Shown: one piece after another, positions 1 through 13,494 of the stretch
How positions within the stretch are numbered: the first letter of the stretch is position 1
Layout: each line of letters starts with the position of its first letter
Assembly (NCBI GenBank): GCA_964016885.1
Contig: OZ024745.1
Coordinates: forward strand, 17,856,001 to 17,920,000
DNA: 64,000 nucleotides
Source of the DNA: Eledone cirrhosa
Taxonomy: Eukaryota
Direction of reading: 5' to 3'
Position numbers and translations under genes: made by a program
Notes under the pieces: model-generated
What the model saw: only the letters and a program-made list of their open reading frames with translations
Database searches by the model: none
What the model was told of the DNA's origin: nothing

Positions 1-2835
1 CCAGAACAGCACAATTAAGCTATTCTTCATACTGTCTATAGATACGTATCGCACAACACTCACTCCGCCGCCACTCGGTCTCAAATCATTCGATTCAGCA
101 CCTGTAGTATACATACTAAATTATACATAATTATTGTTCACTCTAAGACAAACGGTAATATGTCATACGTTCATTCTTGGCTGATATAAGGTATTCCGAC
201 ATAATCTGATCTCTATATACCTTCTCGAAACACTGACTATAAGACCACATACCCTCATATTATATTTGTTGACACTATCTGATAGTTTTGCTACTGCCTA
301 ATCATAAAACATAATAATATGCAACACCATATTTCAACCACTTGCACAAAATCAATGCATAAAGCTAGATGGAGATCCACGAGTTATACATTAATTTACT
401 TGGCACAGATGTGTTTTTATCCTAACCTATCTACAAACGTTTAACAGCTGATCACACACATCCTCTAATGCATAATATTCTCGCATCAAACACACTGTAA
501 ATACGCATAACTGTACACAGCACTGCAACCAGAAATGTAGTTACACAGCAGCAGTAGATGTTAAATCCTCCCAATAACAACATCACCTTGAAAGATAAGT
601 TACGTCTGGGAAGCATCTGTCACATACTACAACTAATTTTAGACTGCGATTTGTAAATTAAAACATTACATCTCATACCATAGAGAACTGAATTACTATT
701 GCCTTCAGAATTCAAGCCACGTTTTCTTGTCCCTTCCCGAACGAAAAATGCCTAACTTTGCCAAGATTTCCTACCCGCCACTGCTCAAACATAACGGCTC
801 TCTTTGTAAGCTAAAGTCCTGCAAGCCAAGTTTTAGTATGTGTTGCCAGAAGTGCATCTATCACTACATTGCAAACACTCGGTAAACACCTCTCAATCCC
901 ACTAAAGTTATCCAATCCTGGAGCACTACGGCAGTATAACATTCTTCTTCGCTCAATAATAAACTATACACAATTAATTTAAAATCCATTTCTAAAGTAT
1001 TAATATTCCTGAAATCTTTTTTTTCTTTTTATTTAATATTTGAGGATTATATTTGAAATTACGGTATGTACACTTGTGCATTTCAATATCATTTGTAGTA
1101 ATTTTTATTAGGCCCTTATAAAGTAATATTAAAATTGTGTTCCGTATATAGCATATTTTCAAACGTAATTATACTAGTAAAAAATAGAAACCATTCAAAA
1201 CCCCATTCAGAAAAGTTGCTCTTTACATTACCGGAAACAGACAGAAAGATAGTCCGATTTTTTTATATGTTTATATTTTACTCTGTACAGATCGAATTTT
1301 ACTGAATGATGATGAATCGATAATTTATTGAGGAGATAATTACACAATTCATTGTTAAGTTGCAAGTAATTGGCCTTTGACTATTGTATCATTAAGTGTA
1401 TTCAAATGTTCCAAAACGGTGTGTTATTTTTCCAGGAGAAGGAATATATTATTTCAATACCACTTTGGGAATAGTTATTAAGGAATTCAGTTGTAGCATA
1501 ATACAACATGCTCGTTGAACTATCATTAATTTTCTCTTATTCCTTTTTTAAACATGCCTTCAATTCATGTTTTACTGAAGTTAGAATGATGTTTCTCAGA
1601 AATATATTACTCATGAAATATTAAATGATTGTCGTATTTATAAATGGTTTCAAATTCACCTGGATTATACACACTATCTAAACAGTATACAGAGTGTATG
1701 AAAACATTTGATATCATTTGAGATATAAAAATCCCAGTAACTACCAATATATATTGAGAATTAGTGTTACAATATTGAGAAAGCCCGAGAAATAAATCGT
1801 ATGCTGCTCAACATGAAGTTGGCTCAGTCTCATTTTTCTAGAAATTGTAATTTCTGGGATATTTACAAATCATTAATTAATCTATTTTTTATTCTTATGA
1901 TTGGGAAGATAAAAGATTAATATATATTCCATTGCACGATGGTGGTGTGGTGTTTAGAACGGATTACCTTCTGTCTCTAGTAGTGCGAAGCCCTCTTTGT
2001 CATGCTGATCGTATGGATAGGGATCATGATCATTATATTGGTATTAAATGAAGTACAGGAAGAGATAGAAGGGAATTTGCATTTGTATTATAATAATTGG
2101 TAATGCAATGAATATGATTCTATGCATTATGTCTAAATTAAAAATTAGGGTTTTCTACCGAGCAATAATACAAAACATCATTCTGGTTATTGACCGATAG
2201 CCTTTTGTTGCGGAACACTATGCCAGTAAAAATGTAAATTACCTTACATTGAATGGTGCTAATATTGAGTCTTCGTAAGCTTAATAGATTATAATATACG
2301 AATTCCTTGTTAGAATAAATACTCTCATTTCAAAATATATCAGTTGTATTTTCGAGGACGGTTAAAGTAAACTATTCTAAATAATATGCGTATATAACTT
2401 AAACACTATTCTGAATGTAATATGTGTTCTATAATGATTTATCAAAGTGTATAAAATGCAATTTAAAAATAACTCTAAATCCAAACGTAATTTTAATTAC
2501 ACCATAGAGTCTCAAATAATAACCTTTAAAACTATCAAACGCCACTAAAATGAATCATCTAATTTAGATTTCAGTTTTCAAATTTACCAAGGAACAAAAT
2601 TAATTAACTTTGGTTGTTTGCACAGTCTTTGGTAATTAGTCAAAGCAAGTACTATAATTCTTTTATGTTTGGTTACATTCACTCCTGATTTCTTAATTTC
2701 TATTTTCAAAATAGTAAAAAAAAAATGAGTTTGCAATTTTCCGTGACCTCTCTTTGCCCACGTCGATGTTTCCATATACCTAATTAAATTCCATACAACT
2801 CGACTGCTTAGATTTCATTAGTAATATATCTTCTT

Positions 2836-2995
2836 TTAATTAACAGAATTTCCATCAACATGATCATCATAGTCATCATCTGCAGGACTAAGTTCTGGCT
2901 CATTATAATCACAGTTTTCATCAACAATATCACACCACTTACATGATCAAAAGCAGCAACTAACAGAAAAACCACAATAACCGTTGCATTGGCTA
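2836..2995 (-). pseudogene. Possible remnant of a Cys-rich (CXC-like) C-terminus with acidic tail, DNA-transposon-like
   Basis: Manual minus-strand translation gives SQCNGYCGFSVSCCF*SCKWCDIVDENCDYNEPELSPADDDYDDHVDGNSVN*, with one internal stop. Family assignment is a guess. Confidence 0.2.
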
Positions 2996-3049
2996 CTTCG
3001 AAAATTACTAAATAACAAAAGATAGATTTATATATATACATATACATAC

Positions 3050-3113
<64 letters not shown>

Positions 3114-3180
3114 AAAAAGATGAAATCGAAAATGCAACTGGAGTCTTATTTTTTTTTTAAATATATATATTTATTTGGTT

Positions 3181-3218
3181 CCTTTACCGGTTTCGCAGTT
3201 CTTCTGCTTTTCAAAAGG
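3181..3218 (-). ncRNA. Minimal type I hammerhead ribozyme, U3:A8 core variant (inverted pLTR copy)
   Basis: Minus strand reads CCTT-TTGAAAA-GCAG aagaa CTGC-GAAA-CCGG-TA-AAGG. Confidence 0.8.
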
Positions 3219-4750
3219 TGAGTTGAGATGGAGGGTCTGTGGTTTTTCTCACATCTGGTTGGTCTCTGAATGTTACTTGTTTTATATGGAAAAAGTGGCT
3301 CGAAATGCCAGGTTTTTCGAGAAGTAATTTGATTGGTTTGTCAATAATTATAATAAATTTCGCGCCAGTTCGCGTTACAATAGTTCTTCAAATAAGAGGG
3401 GGGGGGGGGTTGTCACAGGTTGTTTTTTCATATATGAGTGTTTGAATTTCTTTTTACTTGAAAAAAGGAGGCTCCCGAAGGCTTTTTTTGGGTTGGTTAT
3501 AAATGAAATTTGGCTGTCACGTGAACAAGTTTTCATTACATTTTTGCGCCCTTATTTGGAAAACTATTCTGTAGTCTTTATAGTGAATGTTATGACAATG
3601 GAAAGTTAGTGGTCAAGAGAAAAGGGATTGGGAGAATTGTTCTGGTTCAGTGAATATGGTTAGTTCGCTGGGGTGTCAGAGTTCAGATTTTCTATTGAAG
3701 TGAAGATATGTATGTTTATTTGTGTGCTTGTGTGTGTGTACGTGTGTGTGTTTGTGTGTGTGTGTATGTATGTATTGGAAGATGATTCTATTAGTAGAGA
3801 TGGGGGAGGGAGTTGTGTGTGTGTGTATATGGGTGTTATGTGTGTGTGTGCGAGTATGTTAAGATGGAGAGAATATATATTTTGTGTGTGTATATATATA
3901 TGTGTGTAGGAAAGTGGTTCTATTAGTAGAAATGGGGAGGAAGTTGTAGGTGTGGGGGTTGTTATGTGTGTGTATGGGTGTTATGTGTGTGGGAGTATGG
4001 TTAGCATGTTAAGATGAAGAGAATATATATATATATTGTGTGTGTGTGTATGTGTGTGTGTAGGAAAGTGATTCCTTTAGTAGGAAAGTGATTCCTTTAG
4101 TAGGAATATTTTTGAATGAACATATTTTCCTTATTCGTGTTTGCTGTTGTATTGTCAGTGCAGACGTATGTTAAGGTTTATTTAGTTCGGGTTTTTATTT
4201 TCTAAAGTAGAAGGTGTTATGTGTGTGTATGTCATATTATGGTGTTGACATAATGTATATTAAACCTTATTTAATGTTGGTCTATATTTTTGAATAAACA
4301 TATTTTCCTTATTTATTCGCATTTGTTCTGTTGTATTGTTAGCGCAAAGGTAAAATGGGAAGACTTGGAATTTGGGTGTCTTATTACTTGCGCAAATGTC
4401 TAGATATGCACTTAGTGGTATCTGTCTCGTGGTTGGATCTCGTAATTGTTGGCGATGAACTGTCATTCTGTTTCTGAGTGTGAGTTTAGTTTGTCCTATA
4501 TAATCTTCATTGCATCCTTTACATTTAATGGCATAAACTAGATTTTTTGATGAGCAAGTGAAGTGAACTGCGAAACCGGTAAAGGAACCAAATAAATATA
4601 TATATTTTAAAAAAAAATAAGACTCCAGTTGTATTTTCGATTTCATCTTTTTTTCTTTATACTTTCATTCATGTAGGACACCTCGGTTATTTTTCATTTT
4701 GTAAAAAAAACCTCACTTTCTAATATATACCCACCACACGAAGACCGAAA

Positions 4751-7700
4751 ATGCCACCAAAGTCTCAACAAAACAACAACTCACTGAACCAGGACATCTT
4801 AAATGAACTCAAAGAGATTTCCTCTAATCTCTCAATTTTGACCCACAAAGTGGTCCAAATACACATCTATAAAAAAGGACCCCACGAAGAAACAGAAAAT
4901 ACCCAATAGACGAATATTACTCCAGTATTAACTAAGCTAATCGAATCCATTGAAACAGCAATGCTCCAAAAGCTGGAACAACCGTTAGAACCCAATCTAC
5001 GAGATGTCCACTCAGTGAAAAACACCCTAATCAACATATGGACTCAAAAGCTCACAGCCCGCAAATTCGCCCTTTGGAATCTCCTAAAAAATAATGGCAA
5101 GGCAGACATATATGAAAAGTGGCTAAACTCTACCCCAATCATCCTCCCCAAAAAATTCCAAATAAAACCCTTCCCGAATGAACCAGAAAACCAACAAAGA
5201 CTTAAGGAAAAAATGGCATTGGAAAAATTTAAAACAGAAATAGAACTGTTGCGATTAAGAGCCAACTCCAACGAAGAAAAATTCAAGTCACTCGACCAAC
5301 AGATGGACACAGAAATCTCAAAGCACTCTGAAGGCCTACTCTACAAAAAAAACCTAAAACTTTGGAAAGAAAACTGTGAAGATGAAGAACTAACATCCCT
5401 CCAGCGATGGGAAAAAAACGCCACCTGGTTCAACAACTACGAAATGGATTTCAAAAATGAACAACATACAGGTAACCCATTTTTAAAACAAACTAAAACT
5501 CACACACCACATGCACAACAAATAACAAAGAAAGTAACAAAACGTCCAACATACCCCCAGCAAAACTATAACGATAATCCCACAAACCATAGACAAAACT
5601 ATAACCCTACTACCAAAAACCAAAGATCCCCGAACACAAGGCAGGACCTGATCCGCAGATCACAACCCACACAAAACCTATTCCAAAACCGTAGACCCCT
5701 GCCCACACAGAACCTGTTCCAAAACCGTAGATCCCAACCCACACAAAGGAACCAAATCTACAAACCCGGACTATCAACAAACCGAACCTCAATACGTCCG
5801 AAACTTCTATACAAGACCACACAACAACAGGGGAAATACCATTAGATATAATAATACCAATAAAAAAACATTCCAGAAAAATCATTTTTTAGATCAAGGC
5901 TACAGGACTCACGACACCCGGTGGTACAAACCGATTTTGAAAAACCGAAAATAATTAACATTTCAAATACAAACCTCTCAGCCCAACAAGTAAACATTCT
6001 CTCCAAAGGTCTGAAATTCGCATCAACACCACAATACCCTAACCCCAACGAGATAAATGACGATATCTCACACTTCTGTAGAAAATTACGTCTCACAGAG
6101 GAATTCTTTGACAAGGAGAATAACGACAAATCAATTGTACGGAATAAAAGCAGCTACAACCCAACAAAAGGTAGAAACAGAGTTCTGGACAAATTTTGTG
6201 ACCACATAGCGACCTTCCCATACCATGAACTACCGCAACCTAAACCCAAACCCAACACAAGTCGAAGGGAATGGGAGATTATCCATGAACTAAAAAACAA
6301 TACGGACATTATAATTAAGGAAGCGGACAAGGGAAGTACTGTTGTCATTATGGAGGCTGAAAAATATAAACATTCTATGTTCTCTCTCTTACAAAATACT
6401 AATTACTATGAAAGAGTAAAAAACTACCAGCAATCAAAAATAATGACCAAATTAAACACACTGATTTATCGATACCAGGAAGACCTAACTAAAAAGGAAC
6501 GCGATTATTTAACAAATTTTGAATACAAAACCAGCAACCTTTACGGACTTCCGAATATCCACAAGTGTAAAATAATCAACGATGCCTGTAAACAATCCAC
6601 CTCAGCCTGCGTGAACACACAATACCCCACAGACCTTAAATTAAGACCAATTAAGACAATGTGAAACACACAGATTGAGCAACTTTATAGACATACTACT
6701 GAAACCAATACTTAAACACATACCAAGCCTTGTAAGAGACGATCTAGACCTCTTAAACCACCTCCCCAAACATGTCAACAACGACACTATTATTGTGTCT
6801 TTCGATGTAGTGAATCTCTACACAACGATCCCACACTAATACGGACTAGAAGCAATAGGATTCTGGCTAGAGAAATATCCCAATGAGATACCTGACAGAA
6901 TAGAAAAAAGCTTCATCACCGAGGGATTAAAATTCATCCTACAGAACAACTTTTTTGATTTCGATGGCAATACTTACAAGCAAATATCGGGGACTGCAAT
7001 GGGTACAAAAGCCGCTCCAACTTATGCCAACTTAGTCATGGCATACTTAGAAGTCCAGATATATGAACAGTCCAAATCAAAATACGGATTGAACTTCCAC
7101 AAATATTTATCAGAGAATTGGAAACGCTACTTGGATGATTGCCTCATTCTTTGGTCCCACACACTCGACCAACTGAAGGATTTCAAAAACTTAATAAACG
7201 GCATCAATAACACATCCAATTCACAATGGAATACAGCCAAGATCAACTCCCATTTCTGGACATCTTAATCTTAAAAAAAGACACAAATATCGAAACTGAC
7301 ATACAATACAGACCAACAGATTCCAAACAATATCTGCTATTCACCTCCAACCATCCAAAGCACTCGAAGACGAACATTCCTTTTAACCTAGCTAGAAGAA
7401 TTTGCACAATTGTCTCCAATTATGAAACGCGAAATAAAAGACTTCAAGAATTAAAGGAAATTCTACTAATAAATAATGGAATAGAAAGGGCTAAAGCAAT
7501 AGGCATTGATGAATTAAGGAAACAGAAACAAATTCAAGGTACGTCCAATATTCTATCATATATCTCAAGACACAACCCAAGAAATGCGGAAGCTTACAAC
7601 ACTATTCACAATAACATCCCACTACTAAAACAAAACCCAAGAATGAAAAAAGCCCTTGAAACACACAAAATAATCAAAAGCAAAAGACAACCAAAATCAC

Positions 7701-8158
7701 TGAAAACATTACTCACCAATGCCAAATTACCTACCACAAACCCACAACCAAGTATCAAAAAATGTCGTCGCTCTAATTGTGGAACCTGCACTCACCTCAT
7801 TGAAGGCAACACGTATACATTTAAATCAGGACAAAATTTTACTGTAAAAAATCACTTCACTTGCTCATCAAAAAATCTAGTTTATGCCATTAAATGTAAA
7901 GGATGCAATGAAGATTATATAGGACAAACTAAACTCACACTCAGAAACAGAATGACAGTTCATCGCCAACAATTACGAGATCCAACCACGAGACAGATAC
8001 CACTAAGTGCATATCTAGACATTTGCGCAAGTAATAAGACACCCAAATTCCAAGTCTTCCCATTTTACCTTTGCGCTAACAATACAACAGAACAAATGCG
8101 AATAAATAAGGAAAATATGTTTATTCAAAAATATAGACCAACATTAAATAAGGTTTAA
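4751..8158 (+). pseudogene. PLE polyprotein (long N-terminal region, RT, Cys linker, GIY-YIG endonuclease), broken by stops and frameshifts
   Basis: ATG at 4751 is in frame with ORF 4961-5845 across one TAG. Motifs: EADKG, YGLPNIHK, MGTKAAPTYANL, RYLDD, LPFLD, CRRSNCGTC, NLVYAIKC...YIGQT...R...H, KENMFIQKYRPTLN. Confidence 0.9.
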
Positions 8159-8639
8159 TATACATTATGTCAACACCACAACATGACATACACACACACA
8201 CATAACACCTTCTACTCTAGAAAATAAAAACCCGAACTAAATAAACCTTAACATACATTTGCACTGACAATACAACAGCAAACACGAATAAGGAAAATAC
8301 GTTCATTCAAAAATATTCCTACTAAAGGAATCACTTTCCTAAACACACACATACACACACACACAATATATATATATATATATATTCTCTTCATCTTAAC
8401 ATGCTAACCATACTCCCACACACATAACACCCATACACACACATAACAACCCCCACACCGACAACTCCCTCCCCATTTCGACTAATAGAACCACTTTCCT
8501 ACACACATATATATACACACACACAAAATATATATTCTCTCCATCTTAACATACTCGCACACACACACATAACACCCATATACACACACACACAACTCCC
8601 TCCCGCATCTCTACTAATAGAATCATCTTACAATACACA

Positions 8640-8700
<61 letters not shown>

Positions 8701-9216
8701 ACACACAATCACACAAATAAACATACATATCTTCACTTCAATAGAAAATCTGAACTCTGACAACCCAGCGAAATAACCATATTCACTGAACCAGAACAAT
8801 TCTCCCAATCCCTTTTCTCTTGACCACTAACTTTCCATTGTCATAACATTCACTATAAAGACTACAGAATAGTTTTCCAAATAAAGGTGCAAAAATGTAA
8901 TGAAAACTTGTTCACGTGACAGCCAAATTTCATTTATAACCAACCAAAAAAAGCCTTCGGGAGCCTCCTTTTTTCAAGTAAAAAGAAATTCAAACACTCA
9001 TATATGAAAAAACAACCTGTGACAACCCCCACCCCCCTCTTATTTGAAGAACTATTGTAACGCGAACTGGCGCGAAATTTATTATAATTATTGACAAACC
9101 AATCAAATTACTTCTCGAAAAACCTGGCATTTCGAGCCACTTTTTCCATATAAAACAAGTAACATTCAGAGACCAACCAGATGTGAGAAAAACCACAGAC
9201 CCTCCATCTCAACTCA

Positions 9217-9254
9217 CCTTTTGAAAAGCAGTAGAACTGCGAAACCGGTAAAGG
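9217..9254 (+). ncRNA. Minimal type I hammerhead ribozyme, U3:A8 core variant, in the 3' pLTR
   Basis: CCTT-TTGAAAA-GCAG tagaa CTGC-GAAA-CCGG-TA-AAGG. Palindromic helix III loop; predicted cleavage after 9250. Confidence 0.8.
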
Positions 9255-9385
9255 AACCAAATAAATATATATATTTTTAAAAAAAATAAGACTCCAGTTG
9301 CATTTTCGATTTCATCTTTTTTTCTTCATACTTCCACTCGTGTAGGACACCTCGGTTATTTTACATTTTGTAAAAAAAACCTCAC

Positions 9386-9462
<77 letters not shown>

Positions 9463-11992
9463 TAGGAACGAGTAGGAACCCGACAGCTGAGCTCAAGCCG
9501 TTTCGACGGCTAATTCTGGACTAAATGAACATTTTTATCCTGGTAACTGAAGAGCCGAGCTTCTCAGGGGTTAATTCCATATATGGTAAAAGTGATTGTC
9601 ACAAGCATTGGTCAAACGTTTGTTGTTGAGACACATAATTCTATCATGGCATTGCGTGGAAGGAAGGGGTAGCTGAACTTGCCAGTAGAAGAAAGAGGGC
9701 GAGGGAGTGGAGGAAACCCAGTCGTGCGTTGAAAGTGACAACTACAGCACAATCCTAAGGATAAGAGGTCGAGAGAAGTATACTAGAGAGGGGGAGGGGG
9801 AGGAAGTCGAAACAATAAGTAAATCTATATGGAGTAAATATATAGAAAAATATAAGAATATTAAAAATATAAAAAAACACAATGTCTGGTTACTATTCCC
9901 CTTCCACAAACATCAAATCTCTCACTGGTACTGCTAAACTATAGAAAAGTTTAATAGGTGGGATGGAATACTAAATACGAGATTGTAGTGAAATAATTTT
10001 ATGAGTTAGTAGTAATCGGCCAAATCTATCTTACAGGTCAACAAGTAGGGGGCCAAAATACTAAAAAAAAAAAAAAAAACTAATACGAAATAGTAATTCA
10101 GAGTCCCGAAACTAATACGAAATATTAATTCAGAATCCAGAAAATGAATACTAATACGATATATAAGAGTACCGCTACAATACATAAATTCTAATACAAA
10201 CTACATAAATGCTCGTACGATATATATGAAAAACTAATACGAAAAATTTAATACGAAAAATTAATTCAGAATCTCCCCCCCAAAAAAAATTAAGAACCCC
10301 TCACCCCCACCCAAACCCCCCAAAAAATAAATACTGATATACGAGAAACTAAAGCAGAGATACCACTAAGAAATCTAGAAATCACGGAAATGGGCAGCAA
10401 TCAGATAAGCAGGCAAGTATCTGGGGTCTAGCACATCTGCTATAAAAAGCCAAGTCGGCCAATTCTATCATAGAATAGGGGGTGGGGTGGGAGTACTGAG
10501 GCTACAAAGGACCGAAGGGCTGCCTCGGGGTGGGCGAGAAGGTGAAAAGAACGACGACAAAGAAGGGGACCTAGGGTGAAAGGACTAAGAAGGGATGGGG
10601 AAAGAAGGAAATATAGAGGAAACGATAAAAAATATATAAGAAAATCTTACGTCTACCTTTGTAAGCAGGGGTTACCCATTACAAAGTCGGCAAGTGGGGT
10701 GTTAGAGCCCTTGTCTACCCCCTCCGCCTCCCGGGTCATTATGGGGTTTGAGGGGGAGGTAAGTCCTACGCAATCTGTCTTTCCTCCTTCTGCCCATCCC
10801 TTCCTAGTCCTTCCACCACAGGTCTCCTTCTTTGTCGTCGTTCTTTACACCTTCTCGCCCACCCCGAGGCAGCCCTTCGGTCCTTTGTAGCCTCAGTACC
10901 CCCACCCCCACCTCCTATTCTATGATAGAATTGGCCGACCCCACTATTTATAGCAGATGTGCTAGACCCCAGATACATGCTTTCCTATCTGATTGCTGCC
11001 CCATTTCCGTGATTTCTAGATTTCTTAGTGATATCTCTGCTTTAGTTTCTCGTATATCAGTATTTTTTTTTTTGTGGGGGGGGGGGGATTCTGAATTAAT
11101 TAAAAAATTGTTGGGGGGGGGGGGGGGATATGAATTAATTTTTCGTATTAAATTTTTCGTATTAGTTTTTCATATATATCGTACGAGCATTTATGTAGTT
11201 TGTATTAGAATTTATGTATTGTAGCGGTACTCTTATATATCGTATTAGTATTCATTTTCTGGATTCTGAATTACTATTTCGTATTAGTTTTTTTGTTGTT
11301 TTGTTAGTATTTTGGCCCCTTACTTGTTGACCTGTCATTGTAAGATAGATTTGGCCTATTACTACTAACTCCTAAAATTCTTTCACTACAATCTCGTATT
11401 TAGTATTCCGTCCCACCTATTAAACTTTTCTATAGTTTAGCAGTACCAGTGAGAGATTTGATGTTTGTGGAAGGGAAATAGTAACCAGACATTGTGTTTT
11501 TTTATATTTTTAATATTCTTATATTTTTCTATATATTTACTCCATATAGATTTACTTATTGTTTCGACTTCCTCCCCCTCCCTCTCTCTAGTATACTTCT
11601 CTCGACCTCTTATCCTTAGGATTGTGCTGTAGTTGTCACTTTCAACGCACGACTGGGTTTCCTCCACTCCCTCGCCCTCTTTCTTCTACTGGCAAGTTCA
11701 GCTACCCCTTCCTCCCACAAAATGCCATGATAGAATTATGTGTCTCAACAACAAACGTTTGACCAATCCTTGTGACAATAACTTTTACCATATATGGAAT
11801 TACCCCCTGAGAAGCTCGGCTATTCATTTACTAGGATAAACATTTTCATTTAGTTCAGAATTAGCCGTCGAAACGGCTTGAGCTCAGCCGTCGGGGTTCT
11901 ATCCGTTCCTATTACCCACTCTACTACCCTAAGTATTGAGTACTTTGGTGCGTTATGGTCCATCTGGTTCCTTACGACATATCCTTCGTTAT
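9463..11992 (+). mobile_element. Non-coding fold-back element with ~1.1 kb inverted arms, PLE pLTR-like
   Basis: About 9463-10610 is the reverse complement of about 10779-11911. The right arm continues to ...CCTTCGTTA at (AT)n. A decayed HHR-like motif lies at 11803-11885. Confidence 0.8.
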
Positions 11993-12617
11993 ATATATAT
12001 ATATATATAACTCCCCGCTTTCGCCGAAAATTATAGAAGCTGGATTCTTATATTAAACATACGGTATATTGCCAAATATACTCTACAATCATTCATATAT
12101 ATAGATATTCTATGATCACAGTTAAGAATTGGCATCAACATATTTAATATTACCCAACTAAATGAACTGAGAAGCTTACCATACCTCAAAGTCATCCTGA
12201 AGTACATTTGAAGCAATATATGTGCAGTAGGAATAATGTCAGGTCTTGTTGCATAGATATAAATGAAAGTCAAATTAGATTTAAATCCAGTATTCTACCT
12301 GAAAACTGAAAAGTATTATCGATTTTATTCAATTATAATTAAGATTGAATTCGCTAGTAATTGTGATATATATAGTAGGAAGAAAGTGGTGCGCTAGTTA
12401 TGTTGTTGCAGTAAAGGCATATAGTCGAGATAAAGCAGACACTAAATGAGTGACTAAAGCAGACACAAACGAGAGGTGTTCGGCATGTAGGTAAATCATT
12501 TGCAGTAGCAGCAATTTTCATAGAAATAGCAAAAACGGGAACAAACGTCCCTTCAGTTTGAAATCATTTTGCAATTGACGTCGCGTATATATATAACTAT
12601 ATATATATATTTCGAAG

Positions 12618-12680
<63 letters not shown>

Positions 12681-12761
12681 CGAAGACCTTATGCTATTGT
12701 TTTAAAGTAGTGACAGTCTCACTTACTTTAAATTTTCAGCAAACAGGGAGGGGAGATAAAG

Positions 12762-12807
12762 CTGACTGAGCTATGTTTCGTACTGATTGGTACTTATCAA
12801 ATCCCAG
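12762..12807 (-). ncRNA. Type I hammerhead, U3:A8 variant (unit 1)
   Basis: CTGGGAT-TTGATAA-GTAC caatca GTAC-GAAA-CATAGC-TC-AGTCAG; helix I imperfect. Confidence 0.65.
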
Positions 12808-13082
12808 TACTCCACCTGTTTGCTGAAAATCATGAATGTTTGATTCTTATAGAATTTCTAGTAATAATCAGGAACTGATTATACAGAGCGGTTGCCGGTC
12901 AAGAAAAAATTGAAAATTAGAATTGGCGCTCTGAAATAGCTATATATATATGAATGTATATATAGTGTATTTTGCAATACACTGTATGCTTATTTAAAGG
13001 CATTTCGAAGACCTTATGCTATTGTTTTAGAGTAGTGACAGTTTTACTTACTTTAAATTTTCAGCAAACAGGGGAGATAAAG

Positions 13083-13127
13083 CTGACAGAGCTATGTTTC
13101 GTACTGATTGGTACTTATCAAAGCCAA
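13083..13127 (-). ncRNA. Type I hammerhead, U3:A8 variant (unit 2)
   Basis: TGGCT-TTGATAA-GTAC caatca GTAC-GAAA-CATAGC-TC-TGTCAG. Confidence 0.65.
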
Positions 13128-13299
13128 GTACTCCACCTGTTTGCTGAAAATCATGAATGTTTGATTCTTATAGAATTTCTAGTGATAATCAGGAACTGAT
13201 TATACAGTGCAGTTGCCGGTCAAGCAGAAATGGCAAATTAGAATTGGCGCTCTGAAATAGCGATATATATTTTGCAATACACTATATGTTTAATTAAAA

Positions 13300-13340
<41 letters not shown>

Positions 13341-13367
13341 TATAGATGTAGATGTGCGTCTGTGTAT

Positions 13368-13494
13368 GTCGAAACGGTCGGGGCTCAGCCGTTGGGGTCC
13401 TGACTCTTTTCCTATTACCCACTCTACTACCCATAGTATCGAGTACTCTGGTGCATTATGGTCCACCCAGTTCTTTACCACACTTCCTTCGTTA
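13368..13494 (+). mobile_element. 3'-terminal fragment of the 9463-11992 family
   Basis: Matches about 11867-11992; begins at GTC-GAAA-CGG-TC-GGGG and ends CCTTCGTTA-(TA)n. Confidence 0.8.

Larger units (their letters stand above)
3109..9392 (+). mobile_element. Penelope-like retroelement (Neptune-type), near full length, with 5' inverted pLTR and partial tandem pLTR
   Basis: RT and GIY-YIG ORF pieces. 3109-4566 is the reverse complement of about 7852-9323. 4565-4729 directly repeats about 9234-9397. (AT)n flanks both sides. Confidence 0.93.
12678..13302 (-). mobile_element. Dimer of a ~325-bp HHR-bearing unit (retrozyme-like)
   Basis: Units start at 12678 and 13003 (TTTCGAAGACCTTATG). Each has an HHR on the minus strand. 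Flanked by (AT)n. Confidence 0.75.

Noticed and set aside
1-960. Possible decayed CR1/L2 LINE
   Set aside because: Only a vague impression of RT C-terminal motifs; no continuous frame I can defend.
4260-4646. 128-aa GIY-YIG ORF as a stand-alone nuclease gene
   Set aside because: It is the inverted duplicate of the PLE 3' end; its N-terminus is antisense pLTR sequence read across the inversion junction.
9707-11667. Twin 76-aa ORFs (MEETQSC...) and similar twin ORFs at 3239/8990 and 15969/17713
   Set aside because: They are by-products of inverted repeats, with no domain features and non-ATG starts.
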